Part shown: positions 23,978 through 37,400 of the stretch, piece after piece
Position numbering within the stretch: the stretch's first letter is position 1
Layout: every line of letters starts with the position of its first letter
Source of the DNA: Haliotis rufescens
Lineage: Eukaryota
NCBI RefSeq assembly: GCF_023055435.1
Contig: NW_025963779.1
Span: forward strand, 84,754,001 to 84,818,000
Direction: 5' to 3'
DNA: 64,000 nt
The notes under the pieces: model-generated
Seen by the model: the letters and a program-made list of their open reading frames with translations, nothing else
Told to the model about the DNA's origin: nothing
Database searches by the model: none
Translations under genes and position numbers: made by a program

Positions 23978-24530
23978 CTATTCTGGATTCATAAAACAAA
24001 CTATTCTGGATTCATAAAACAAACAGACCGCCTCCGTGGTCTTGTGGTAGAGCGTCCGCCCGGAGAGCGGAAGGTCCAGGGTTCGATCCCGGGCCGCGTC
24101 ATACAAAAAGACGTTAAAAGATTGTACTTGTTGTTACCCTGTCTGGCGCTCGGCATTAAGGGGCTAAAACAAGGACTGGTCGGCTCGGAGTCAGTATACT
24201 GTGTCTGAGTGGGGTATTCATGTTAAACTGTGGCATGGTATCTCAGTGAGCTAGCACTATAAATCGGCATCAGTCCGGACTAGTACAAGCAGCCACACAC
24301 ACACATACACGTGCATGCACGTCGCTATATAAGTGCAATAATCTTGGACGCGACGTTAAACCCAATTTCACCTCACCTCACCTCACCTCATAAAACAAAC
24401 TCTCTGGATTCACAAAACAAACCACTCTGTATTCACAAAACAAACATTTCTGTATTCACAAAACAAACTATTCTGGATTCACAAAACAAACTACTCTGTA
24501 TTCACAAAACAAACATTTATGGATTCACTA
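23978..24530 (+). repeat. ~23-bp minisatellite (ctattctggattcacaaaacaaa) interrupted by a SINE
   Basis: Units on both sides of the SINE at 24026-24387. Confidence 0.75.
24026..24387 (+). mobile_element. tRNA-derived SINE family D (MetaSINE/RUDI-like central domain); fragments also at ~18874-18965 and ~30800-30975
   Basis: A box tggtcttgtgg, B box ggttcgatccc, central gtcatacaaaaagacgttaaaa...ctggcgctcggcattaagg, (cacct)n tail, TSD tcataaaacaaac. The superfamily name is from recall, not a search. Confidence 0.8.
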
Positions 24531-24639
24531 TGAAAATGGAATATTATTTGATCTGTGCAAAGTCATCATAGACTCATCACTCAGCTCATGTGTTCTGTTT
24601 TCTTACAATATTTTAAATTATCATAAAACATCTTCTTTT

Positions 24640-26930
24640 TAAAAAACAATATTAATTCCACTTGGTACAGTGAAAGGACATTGATAAACAGGCAGAGCTT
24701 ACATAAATATCTCTCCCCGACAAAATTCGAACAAGCAGCAGTAGTTTAATAATACAGTAGTATAGACTTGGTATTAAGTCATATGTGGTACATCAAGGGT
24801 AAACAGTTGTTAGTGAGGTTTATATAAGAGTGCGTGTTTAGACAAATCTTTTGCCCATAGAGAAGTAATGATGTACAGTGTCAACGATATTCAGCAGTAT
24901 TTCTTTATCTAGGCTGACGGTACCAAACAGGACGGTTCGGAGGTCATATCCATTAACATAATGATAGCTTTCGGATCTAATCTCAGTATAATTTGGGCAA
25001 GTTAATAGGCAGTGTAAAGCACTTTCGTTGAAAAAAACACATGAACATTGAGCATTATCGCTAATAAATCTTTCAAAGTTTGTGACCGTTCAGATCACTA
25101 CATCCTAGTCTTAACTTACAGTGGATTATCTGATTTACGCGTGAATCAATATTTTTAAATATGTCAGGCACTTCTGATTTAATACACTTATACAGTTTTT
25201 TAAAGGAGCGGCTTCTCTCAGAGTAGAATCTAGTACATTCCAGGCGGAGACTGTGGAAGGTAACAATGATTTTTTAGATAATTCAGTTCGGCAATTGGGC
25301 TCATAGTATTCGTTTGTGTTACGTGTTTCATAATGTGCGCGATCCAAGGTTTTTACAGGTACCTTATCACATAAATAATTTGGCGCTGTCCCACCTTTCA
25401 TTTTATAAAAAATGCATAATTTGTGAAAGCATCTTCTCTCAGCCAAGACCATAGACCGGTTTCGTTATTTAATTTTGTATGACGTGTGCCCCTCACGACA
25501 CCTCATATTGTCCTGAGTGCATCTAGATGTAACATTTCTAGGGACAATTCTTGACCCTTGGTGCAATTATTCTATATATGGTCACAGTAATCAGACAAGG
25601 GTAGTATGAGCGTATGTTGACTGTGTCTGTTCAAACGATATTTCAGACGACGAAAGCAATTTATCAATGGGCTAACCTTGGCAGTTAGATTTTCAATATG
25701 GCTTTGCCAATGCCCATCACTTTGTAAAGTTATGTGGCTATTAACATTCTTTATTTTTACATCTGGGTACAGTGTGTGAAGCCCATTTCTGGTGTCCCCC
25801 GCCATGATATTGCTGGAATATTGCTTAAAGCGGCGTAAAATCACACTCACTCAATTATTTTTACATCATTCATGAACAGATCAGACAGGACAGTGACGTT
25901 ACGTTTTCTTGAAAATTGAATTGCTTCTGTTTTATCGGGATTAAATTTTATTTTCCAAGTTTTAGCCCATTGAGAAATACGTTCCAAATTATGATTAATT
26001 GAAATACTTGTTGATAATGGGTCATCAATAATGACATATAGCGAAGTATCGTCAGCAAACAATTTTACATTACATTGGATGTCACAGACGATATCATCAA
26101 TGAATACTAAAAATAATAAGGGTTCTAACACTTAACCTTGAGGAACACCAGCAGGTACAGGTTTAACATTTGATGTGTGTCCATTAATAACTGTATGTTG
26201 CTTTCTACCAGTTAAGTAATTTTGGAACCATTTTAAGAGAGTCCCTTTTATCCCACACTTGCTTAATTTATGTAACAAACCTTTGTGCCAAACACGATCG
26301 AAATCTTTACCAATGTCACAGAATATTGCCTTAACTTCCTTTCCATCATCTAAGGCCTTGCCTATGAAATCATAAAGATTGGTCAGTTGGTAAGCAGTTG
26401 AGTCAGGGGCGGTAAACCCTGATTGCAAACAAGTTATAACTTGATTATCGGAGAAATTGTTGTGCACGTTTTAGGACACATTTCTCAAATACTTTCGATA
26501 GGAAACTTGTGAGCGCGATCGGTCTGTAGTTACAACAAGCATGGGTGTCATTTTTCTTATATAAATTGGGATTACTGATGACTGTTTCCATGGCATAGGA
26601 AAGATATGTTGGGACAGGGATAAATGAAATAACTTTACAAGTGGTTTCGATAAAACAATCAAATCAGGACAAGTAGATTTTGATACGTCAAGTGACAATA
26701 ATACATCCTCTATTTCTTTCTCAGATAAACATATTTGCTCGTGGGGAAAACCATTAACGGAAAATGCGTAATCATCAACGACGTCATCCATGTCAGGAAC
26801 TGAGGCTTGTTCTACGAAATAATCATTAAGAACATTAGCTTTATCAATATCGTCCTCATGTAGAACTTCGTCCTGTTCTAGGGGGGTCTAAATTACGCGT
26901 TTTTCTCCCACTAAATTGCCACCATGGGAC
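24640..26930 (-). mobile_element. Decayed CR1-group LINE (RT and C-terminal region)
   Basis: Fragmented ORFs with QSGF, FCDIGKDFDRVWHKGLLHKL, GVPQG, PLLFLVFIDD, LFADDT, W..KFNPDKT; multiple stops and frameshifts. Confidence 0.9.
25764..25853 (+). mobile_element. 5'-truncated SINE family A inserted into the LINE
   Basis: 3' half of the family A consensus flanked by TSD ttatttttacatc. Confidence 0.85.
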
Positions 26931-27669
26931 AGCTTATCTTTGGCCTGTATAATTTCCTGATGATGACTTGATCTGTTGTTCAAGGTGTTTTTCTTTTTAT
27001 TGCTAAGTACTTATGCAGAAGAAATGTTAATATCAATGCGTTTAGTGTTTTGCTAACATTTTAAGCTGGTAACTGCATATCCAGGTGAGCTAAGTGCCGT
27101 GGCACTAATGTATATATAACAATTTCCCGCATAAAGCACAGGACCGACAACCCTACACATAATTAAGTGTTATATGTAGAAAGACAATAGTAGTCCAGTA
27201 CAAGATAAAAGCGCCTGTACCTGTACTGAGATTGAAGGTTCTTTTACGGAGTTGTATTATGTTAAAGTCTATGTGTAAATTATTCGTTTCGGCCATTTAT
27301 AAAATGCCTATATATTTCAATCATTTTACAAATTGACTGAAAAATCTGTCCATTTATATGGTAGGTTTTAAAAACATCACCATGGACACCATTATGCTGG
27401 GATTAGAAGCCCCCCCCCAAAAAAAAAAAAAATATATTATCCATTGACTTTCGTTTTCTTTCAATCCTATCATTTTCCGTCTCTGGGTGATGAAATTTAA
27501 CATCACAAATTCAAATTTCAAATTCGTTATCATATAAAATAAATGGATCTGTTTCTCTATTTGTAAAATAACTGAAATATTTAGGCGCTTTATAAATTGC
27601 TGAGTGAAAAGTTAAGTATTTTACACATTGACCGATTTTACACACTGACTGTAACAGAGAGACACATAT

Positions 27670-29132
27670 CTTGAAAAGAGATTTAACCGTTTGATGATAT
27701 ATTGACCATCTCGTGGAAGGACGGGCCCATACGCACTAAGTGATGCAAATTAGGGACAAACTCCATAATGCCCATATGAAGGAAAATCTAGAGTTCAGAG
27801 CTCAACGCACGCAATAAAGTCAAAGACACAAATACTTACGCTGTACCCTTTCTTTCCTATTCTCTTGCTGTTGATTGGGCGAAACAAGAAGTTCAGGGCA
27901 TTGACACCCTCACTCGAAGAATCATATCAGACAATAGATCCCACCACCCTCTCTCTTACCTCAATCGCTTATGTTTACCAATATTAATGGGAGGGCGTGG
28001 TTTGATTAACGTGAAGGCTCTTCATGATAGAATTGTATTGTGCACTTTTGCACACATTTATTTGTCTGATGATCCTCTTGTGAAACATGACAAGACCCAT
28101 GATGAAAACAAGGCATCCCACAGTTTCTTTAAACGAGCCAAAGACGTGGGACATAATCTCAATGTCAATGTTGATTTTGTTGATCGTTCTGCACTGCTGG
28201 ACGGTACAGAAATGAGTGTCAACCAAGCGAAGTGCCATATCAAATGGGCCCAGGGTCAGTTTTTCAACGAGAGGCTATCTGAACGACCACTTCAGCGAGT
28301 TTGTGTGCAGTGTGTTCAGAAGAACAACAACCCAGCAGAGTATTTCGTTTGGATGAAGTTGGCTTGCCTGAGCAGTGAAACAGAAGGCGTTCTGTTTGCT
28401 GCTCAGGTCCAGTCACGTCCCACTCGAAATGTAGATTATGCAATGAATTTAATGAGACTGTCCAACACATTGTCAGTGGATGCCCAGCTTTGGCACAACA
28501 CAGTATCTCATAAGCGACATGATGGAGTGGCTCTGTCCTTTTATTACCGTCTTCGTCATGCTTGTGTTTTTGACACAGACGTCCATCCATGGAGCAACCT
28601 AGAATATGTTGAGGGCGTCATGAAAAATGATAAATAAAAAATGTTTTTGAATAGGCCCGTATACAGCCCTAGACCTACCCAGGGCTAAAAAAAAAAACCC
28701 GATCTTGTCCTTTTCGATAAATCCAACGAAATCATTTATGTTATTTATATTCTGTCCCCTTTGACACAAATGTGAATGACAAGATTCAGGACGAACATGG
28801 CAAATATATGCGGACCTCGCTTTCGAAATGTCCCGCTTGAATCCCAAGTTAACTCCCATTGGGAGAGTACCCGGGTTTGCTACCAGGAATACAGCCCTTC
28901 TGACAACAGGGGCAATGCAGAAGGCTGCAGTGTTGGGGAGTCATCACATTCTCCGAAAAGTTCCAGGTGGCTTTGACGAGGCAGCACTTCCTGGGTGAAG
29001 TCCCGTTCGCTGCCTGGGCTGCGTGTAGCGGGTCAAGGGCCCTGAGCTGACGATGAGCTTAACCAGCCTGACTGTGCCAGGATCACCCAAGCCTTCTTAG
29101 CTTTTTTAAAATTTTGATCTGTACATAATAAT
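27670..29132 (+). mobile_element. Decayed R4/Dong-like (restriction-like endonuclease) non-LTR retrotransposon, 3' part
   Basis: ELNARNKVK..NTYAVP, HHP...RL.LP...GGRGL, ETEG..FAAQ.Q...TR, KRHDGVA, PDLVLFDK; ends near a short (taa)n at ~29126. Confidence 0.75.
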
Positions 29133-29391
29133 AATCTATATTCTGTTAAAATGTTTATTTTCCAAAACTAAACGAACCGGATTTCCCCGTTCTTTGATGC
29201 AACTGGCTACAAGTGCTCGGATATGAAAGGAAGGATGTCTGTGATGCCGCGAGACTTCAAGTATCGTTGTGCCATGTACTTCCTCACGTTCTGCTTATAC
29301 AAGGGCATCTCTGTGTCTGTGTGTGCTGGCGATTTTCACGTCAGACCATTGTTTTTAACCATAAGGTGACTTTCTTTTACTTTATAATAGG

Positions 29392-29654
29392 ACCCGTGAA
29401 GATTCCGGATTCTTCGGGAACCCATGCTTGCCGTAAAAGGCGACAATGCTTGTCGTAAAAGGCGACTAACGGGATCGGGTGGTCAGGCTCGCTAACTTGG
29501 TTGATGCATCTCATCGATCCCAATTGCGTGGATCGATGCTCATGATATTGATCACTGGATTGTCGGGTCCAGACTCGATTATTTACAAACCGCCGTCATA
29601 TAGCTGGAATATTGCTGAGTGCGGCGTTAAACAACAAACCAACCAACCAACCAA
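29392..29654 (+). mobile_element. SINE-like family C, near full length
   Basis: acccgtgaagat head with a shortened first hairpin, duplicated 22-bp module, (aacc)n tail. Confidence 0.88.
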
Positions 29655-30370
29655 CTTTATAATACATATGAAAAATAATATTTGTCTTTTATCTGCGCAA
29701 TCGCATTGTTTGCGTATTTTCCACGAGTCGGATATTTTGGGTTGAATCTTAGCTGAAGTGATGAACACACATCACGCAGGGTGAGCTACCGTACCGACAA
29801 ATGGCTATCCTTTCTTAATGAAACAGAGGAACATAGACAACTTGAGGAGATAACGACACAACTTTGTGGGTCTTTATAGAAGATGCGTCACATGCAAATA
29901 TATTCTATAACATTTCGTCCAATTGTAAGGCCTCTCGTGACCAGTGTCACTCCCGACATGGAGGCAAATATTGTATTTTACAGACAAAGAGTCATTGAGA
30001 CCGACGACCGAAATTATATCCGCGGTCCATATCTCGCTTACCGTTACTATTAGAATTTATATATTCTATAAGGAAATAAGTATGGTGAACTATTTATACG
30101 ATAAAACACGCCTCCGAGGTTTTGGTTGAAATTGTAAAATAGCGAGCGAGGGAAAAGCTTTTAGCGTGACAATAGCGTGACGTCATCATAAAGATTTAAC
30201 TGTTGAATGTTTTACTTTGTTCAGTGTGATTAAAGTCGCATGATGCATGATTCAAGTCGGAACAATCACTTGAACCTGTTGATACCGGAAGTAGAATCAA
30301 CAGAATCTCATCATTTCTCCATAACGTAACTGGGGTCTTTTGATTTGTGAATGGTATTCATTCATCTAAG

Positions 30371-30538
30371 GGGGCGGTCGGGAAGCCTAGTGGTTAAAGC
30401 GTTCGCTCGTCACGCCGAAGACCCGGGTTCGATTCCCGACATGGGTACAATGTGTGAAGCCCATTTCTGGTGTCCCCCGCCGTGATATTGCTGGAATATT
30501 GCTAAAAGCGGCGTAAAACAATACTCACTCACTCACTC
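30371..30538 (+). mobile_element. tRNA-derived SINE family A, young copy
   Basis: Near-consensus A box, intact B box, (cact)n tail, perfect TSD tcattcatctaag. Confidence 0.92.
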
Positions 30539-31486
30539 ATTCATCTAAGACAAGTAATATGTAGCACACATTAATTCTTCATCCCAAACCGAGTTTTGAA
30601 TCTATCCATTCAATAGTCTTCATGACAATAGCCCTTGCTCTTACATGCTGTCTTACTGTATGTACATGACCTTAAACCCTCCCTAGAATACCCCAAGCCT
30701 CTCACTGATGCCGTCTTGAACCTGTAAATGGCTATGACCAGAACCATCACACTTTGTGTTTCTGCATCCCCGGACTCGTCACTAGAAGATGATAATAGAT
30801 GGTACTTGTTCTTACACTGGCGCTCGGCTCCGCATTAAGGGGGTAAAACAAGGGCTGGTCGGCTCGGAGTCAGTATACTGTGTCTGAGTGGGGTATTCAT
30901 GTTAAACTGCGGCATGGTATCTCGCTAATATAAGTGCAATAATAATCTTGGACGCGACATTAAACTCCATTTTTACCTTCACTCGTGTTTCTGCTCGGCA
31001 ACCTCTCAAGCATGTACTGACCCCACACGCGATAGCTTCAGACCCAACCAGATACACAAGGAAAGCATCTTTCTGGGCTCTCATATTCTTCAATATTTTC
31101 AGATCTTGTGTGTGTACGAATATAAGAGCCGGATATTAGGCTGCACACAATGAACTAATTGTTGAAACAATTATTTAAATATACTCAAAATAAATACCAT
31201 AATAAATGTCAACTAATAACTGATCTTTTTCAACATAGGTTGTGACAAGGTATTGACTTACGTCTCATCAATGTAGTGTATCAATGAACGGATCACAGAA
31301 ACACTGATTATACGATGCCTTTAATAGAGATGCGCCACTCCACCAGAAACACTGCCCTTTTGACCGTCATACGCATGTGTGCAACCAATAGCAGTCCATC
31401 TGCCCATCCGATTACATACAATAAGAATTACGTCCTTGTGCAAGACAGAGCAATAGCTGACACCAAAGAAAGCTGCATCAACCGCG

Positions 31487-34400
31487 ATGCTGTCTCCGCT
31501 GGCCTACCCCCTCAGCGTCCTTCTGGTCCTTGTCTCCCGAACCGACACAAGCACGGGTACGTTGATTGGGGGTATTACGGTTAATTTCTTGGCATTCGTG
31601 CGAGGCATTTTCTTGAATGGTGTTGATTCCTTTATGTATGGGCTTTTGTTTCTAGGGTCAGACATACGAGTATCCATACGGACGTGACGTTTTTAATCTA
31701 CGAATGATACCTGCTTAATTGTCATGTTATAAATCAATGTATAGTCGATGCATTTCCATTTGTGCATATTTCACAAACAATAATTAGCTATAAACGGCGA
31801 ACAAGCATGGCTACTGGAAACGACATGGAGTACTGGGGACAAGTATGGGTATTGGGAACGGTTAGCATGGGTTACTGGGGACAATCATGGATATTGGGGA
31901 CGGTTAGCTTGGGGTAGTGGGGACAAACATGGGTATTGGGGACGGTTAGCTTGGGGTAGTGGGGACAAACATGGATATTGGGGACGGTTAGCTTGGGGTA
32001 GTGGGACAATCATGGATATTGGGGACGGTTAGCTTGGGGTAGTGGGACAATCATGGATATTGGGGACGGTTAGCTTGGGGTAGTGGGGACAAACATGGAT
32101 ATTGGGGACGGTTAGCTTGGGGTAGTGGGACAATCATGGATATTGGGGACGGTTAGCTTGGGGTAGTGGGACAATCATGGATATTGGGGACGGTTAGCTT
32201 GGGGTAGTGGGACAATCATGGATATTGGGGACGGTTAGCTTGGGGTAGTGGGGACAATCATGGATATTGGGGACGGTTAGCTTGGGGTAGTGGGGACAAT
32301 CATGGATATTGGGGACGGATAGCATGGGGAACTGGGGACAAACATGGGTATTGGGGACGGATAGCATGGGGTAGTGGGGACAATCATGGATATTGGGGAC
32401 GGTTAGCTTGGGGTAGTGGGGACAATCATGGATATTGGGGACGGTTAGCTTGGGGTAGTGGGGACAATCATGGATATTGGGGACGGTTAGCTTGGGGTAG
32501 TGGGGACAATCATGGGTATTGGGGACGGTTAGCTTGGGGTACTGGGGACAAGCATGGGTATTGGGGACGGTTAGCATGGGGTAGTGGGGACAAGCATGGG
32601 TATTTGGGACGGTTAGCATGGGGTACTAGGGACAAACATGGGTATTGGGGACGGTTAGCATGGGGTACTGGGGACAAGCATGGGTATTGGGGACGGTTAG
32701 CATGGGGTACTGGGGACAAACATGGGTACTGGGGACGGCAAGCATGAGACATTGGGGACGACAAGCACTAGAAACGGGGCATCTTATCCCGAATTAGTGG
32801 TATTTTTTATTAAGACACATCGAAACTAGAACAGTGAGTGAAGTTTACTATGAGTTTGGGGGTCGATGTGCAGATCCATCAATGGTGTGACGCACTTTAC
32901 TTTCTTCCTGTTGGCAACAATTGTTAGTTTAGGCTGAATTTTGAATTCTTGAATAATATCATCGGAATAGGGAAGTTTCAAATGTGCTGTAATACATACA
33001 TTAACAAGATACTTGACCTGAATTCCAGTTCATGGATTATAAACTGCCACACGTTTACAAATGTTGGGTCTGGTTTACCGCAGTACAGGAAGTTTATAGA
33101 CTTTTAATCAGGTTGAGCAGAGCAGAGATATTTAATAATAGATGTAGACCTCACTTGCTTTTGTAGATGTCAGTTAAGATATCAAAAGGTTAGCCTCCTA
33201 ATCACTCGTCTTTCTTGACAGATAACATTCTAGATTACACAACTTACGATGACAACATGGTGATTGTGTCAGTTGTTCTGTGCAGGTGGCATGGTGGACA
33301 CACTACTTGGATCCTACCAGAAGGAAGTCCATCCCCGACCTGAGGACAACCAGAGTGTGTACGTGACGCTGGATCTGGCGATCAGACAAGTTGTAGATCT
33401 GGTAAGCTGACGCCTTCTTGTGAATGCTTTATGAAGAAACATTATGAAAGTCGGAGCAATGTTTTGTAATGGAACAATACTGTGGATAGTGCCATCGCAG
33501 GGTGGCATGCTGGCAGGATAGCGGGATATTTGGCTTGCAGCCTTAGGGCGAAGTTGTGGTAGGGGGGCATTGTAGTGGGGTGAGAGGTCGGCGTGATGAT
33601 GGGGTGGCTGGGTGGCAGTGTAGTGGGGTAGGAGGGTGGCGTGATGATGGGGTGGCTGGGTGGCAATGTGGTGGGGTGGGAGGTCGGCGTGATGATGGGG
33701 TCGCTTGGTGGCAGTGTAGTGGGGTGGGAGGGTGGCGTGGTGATGGGGTGGTAGGGGGGTATTGTAGTGGGGTGGGAGGTCGGCGTGATGATGGGGTGGC
33801 TGGGTGGCAGTGTAGTGGGGTGGAAGGACGGCGTGATGATGGGGTGGTAGGGGGCAGTGTAGTGGGGTGGAAGGACGGCGTGATGATGGGGTGGCTGGGT
33901 GGCAGTGTAGTGGGGTGGGAGGGTGGCGTGATGATGGGGTGGCTGGGTGGCAGTGTAGTGGGGTGGGAGGTCGGCGTGATGATGGGGTGGCTGGGTGGCA
34001 GTGTAGTGGGGTGGGAGGGTGGCGTGATGATGGGGTGGTAGGGGGGCAGTGTAGTGGGGTGGGAGGTCGGCGTGATGATGGGGTGGTAGGGGGGCAGTGT
34101 AGTGGGGTGGGAGGGTGGCGTGATGATGGGGTGGTAGGGGGGTATTGTAGTGGGGTGGGAGGTCGGCGTGGTGATGGGGTGGTAGGGGAGCAGTGTAGTG
34201 GGGTGGGAGGTCGGCGTGATGATGGGGTGGTAGGGGGCAGTGTAGTGGGGTGGGAGGTCGGCGTGATGTTGGGATGGTAGGGGGGCAGTGTAGTGGGGTG
34301 GAAGGACGGCGTGATGATGGGTTGGCTGGATGGCAGTGTAGTGGGGTGGGAGGGTGGCGTGATGATGGGGTGGTAGGGGAGCAGTGTAGTGGGGTGGGAG

Positions 34401-37400
34401 GGTGGCGTGGTGATGGGGTGGTAGGGGAGCAGTGTAGTGGGGTGGGAGGTCGGCGTGATGATGGGGTGGTAGGGGGCAGTGTAGTGGGGTGGGAGGTCGG
34501 CGTGATGTTGGGATGGTAGGGGGGCAGTGTAGTGGGGTGGAAGGACGGCGTGATGATGGGGTGGCTGGATGGCAGTGTAGTGGGGTGGGAGGGTGGCGTG
34601 GTGATGGGATGGCTGGGTGGCAGTGTAGTGGGGTGGGAGGGTGGCGTGGTGATGGGATGGTAGGGGGCAGTGTAGTGGGGTGGGAGGTCGGCGTGATGAT
34701 GGGATGGCTGGGTGGCAGTGTAGTGGGGTGGGAGGGTGGCGTGATGATGGGGTGGCTGGATGGCAGTGTAGTGGGGTAGGAGGGTGGCGTGATGATGGGG
34801 TGGCTGGATGGCAATGTAGTGGGGTGGGAGGGTGTCGTGATGATGGGGTGGTAGGGGGCAGTGTATTCGGGTGGGAGGGTGGCGTGATGATGGGGTGGCT
34901 GGATGGCAGTGTAGTGGGGTGGGAGGGGCGTGATGATGGGATGGTAGGGGGCAGTGTAGTGGGATGGGAGGTCGGCGTGATGATGGGATGGCTGGGTGGC
35001 AGTGTAGTGGGGTGGGAGGACGGCGTGATGATGGGGTGGCTGGGTGGCAGTGTAGTGGGGTGGGAGGGGCGTTATGATGGGATGGTAGGGGGCAGTGTAG
35101 TGGGGTGGGAGGGTGGCGTGGTGATGGGGTGGCTGGGTGGCAGTGTAGTGGGGTGGGAGGGTGGCGTGATGATGGGGTGGTAGGGGGCAGTGTAGTGGGG
35201 TGGGAGGGTGGCGTTATGATGGGATGGTAGGGGGCAGTGTAGTTGGATGGGAGGTCGGCGTGATGATGGGGTGGCTGGATGGCAGTGTAGTGGGGTGGGA
35301 GGGGCGTGATGATGGGATGGTAGGGGGGCAGTGTAGTGGGGTGGGAGGGGCGTGGTGATGGGATGGTAGGGGGGCAGTGTAGTGGGGTGGGAGGGTGGCG
35401 TGGTGATGGGGTGGTAGGGGCAGTGTAGTGGGGTGGGAGGGGCGTGATGATGGGATGGCTGGATGGCAGTGTAGTGGGGTGGGAGGGTGTCGTGATGATG
35501 GGGTGGTAGGGGGCAGTGTAGTGGGGTGGGAGGTCGGCGTGATGATGGGATGGTAGGGGGGCAGTGTAGTGGGGTGGGAGGTCGGCGTGATGATGGGATG
35601 GCTGTGTGGCAGTGTAGTGGGGTGGGAGGGTGGCGTGATGTTGGGATGGCTGGATGGCAGTGTAGTGGGGTGGGAGGTCGGCGTGATGATGGGATGGCTG
35701 TGTGGCAGTGTAGTGGGGTGGGAGGGTGGCGTGATGATGGGATGGCTGGATGGCAGTGTAGTGGGGTGGGAGGTCGGCGTGATGATGGGATGGCTGTGTG
35801 GCAGTGTAGTGGGGTGGGAGGGTGGCGTGATGATGGGATGGCTGGATGGCAGTGTAGTGGGGTGGGAGGTCGGCGTGATGATGGGATGGCTGTGTGGCAG
35901 TGTAGTGGGGTGGGAGGGTGGCGTGATGATGGGATGGCTGGATGGCAGTGTAGTGGGGTGGGAGGGTGGCGTGGTGATGGGGTGGTAGGGGGCAGTGTAG
36001 TGGGGTGGGAGGGTGGCGTGGTGATGGGGTGGTAGGGGGCAGTGTAGTGGGGTGGGAGGGTGGCGTGGTGATGGGGTGGTAGGGGGGCAGTGTAGTGGGG
36101 TGGGAGGGGCGTGATGATGGGATGGTAGGGGGGCAGTGTAGTGGGGTGGGAGGGTAGCGTTATGATGGGATGGCTGTGTGGCAGTGTAGTGGGGTGGGAG
36201 GTCGGCGTGATGAGGGGATGGCTGTGTGGCAGTGTAGTGGGGTGGGAGGTCGGCGTGATGTTGGGATGGCTGGGTGGCAGTGTAGTAGGGTGGGAGGTCG
36301 GCGTGATGTTGGGATGGCTGGGTGGCAGTGTAGTGGGGTAGGAGGGTGGCGTGGTGATGGGGTGGTAGGGGGCAGTGTAGTGGGGTGGGAGGGTGGCGTG
36401 GTGATGGGGTGGTAGGGGGCAGTGTAGTGGGGTGGGAGGGGCGTGATGATGGGATGGTAGGGGGGCAGTGTAGTGGGGTGGGAGGGGCGTGATGATGGGA
36501 TGGTAGGGGGCAGTGTAGTGGGGTGGGAGGGGCGTGATGATGGGATGGTAGGGGGGCAGTGTAGTGGGGTGGGAGGGTAGCGTTATGATGGGATGGCTGT
36601 GTGGCAGTGTAGTGGGGTGGGAGGTCGGCGTGATGATGGGGTGGTAGGGGGCAGTGTAGTGGGGTGGGAGGGTTGCGTTATGATTGGATGGCTGGGTGGC
36701 AATGTAGTGGGGTGGGAGGGTGGCGTGATGATGGGGCGTCCTAGCGAGGGTGGTGGGTGGTTTAGTGGTGGGATGATGCTGTTGGTTAATGGCAGAACGG
36801 AAGGGATGGTGGGTCGGGTGGCCAGCAGGTTGGTACAGGGGCGGGACAATGGGATGGGGGTGGGGGGGTGGGGTGGGGGGGTGGGGGGCAGAGCAGTGAT
36901 GTGTGTTCTTTCTTAATTGACCTGTTCAGATCCTTTTCAATACGTATTATGTTGTTTTACAATGAACCTAGTGATGTGTCATCTTCTGACGACTCAACTT
37001 ACTCCTTGTCTACATTTCTAGGCCGAGACAAAGCAGATTCTGACAACCAATCTGTGGATCCGCATGGTAAGATCTTTGTTTTCACGAAAATACAAATATT
37101 AAATAAATAATATTGCCTGAGGTTTAACCGAAAAAAATAATCGTTCACCGGACATGTTGATAGGGTTGGAAAAGGTGAGTTGTGTGTCGGAGCACATCGT
37201 TGGGGTCCTCCAAAAAACGCATGTCTTGTGGCAGGGACCTAAAAAGTAACATATGATTTATTCTGCAGAATTGGACCGACCACAGACTCACATGGAACCC
37301 ATCAAGTTTCGATGGAATTGACACCATTTATGTACCTTTGGACAGTATCTGGACACCCGACGTCACCCTTTACGATGAGTAAGTGTATTGGCTGACTGTT

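Noticed and set aside
29040-29090. ctgacga-containing hammerhead candidate in the R4-like 3' region
   Set aside because: No GAAA after the putative stem II and no convincing stems I/III.
14996-30445. tRNA genes at 14996, 20187, 22224, 24026, 30371
   Set aside because: Each continues into a shared body and microsatellite tail and is flanked by TSDs, so these are SINE heads rather than tRNA genes.
30789-30830. Possible signal-peptide exon for the nAChR-like gene
   Set aside because: The sequence is a fragment of SINE family D; 31487-31556 fits better and has the right phase.
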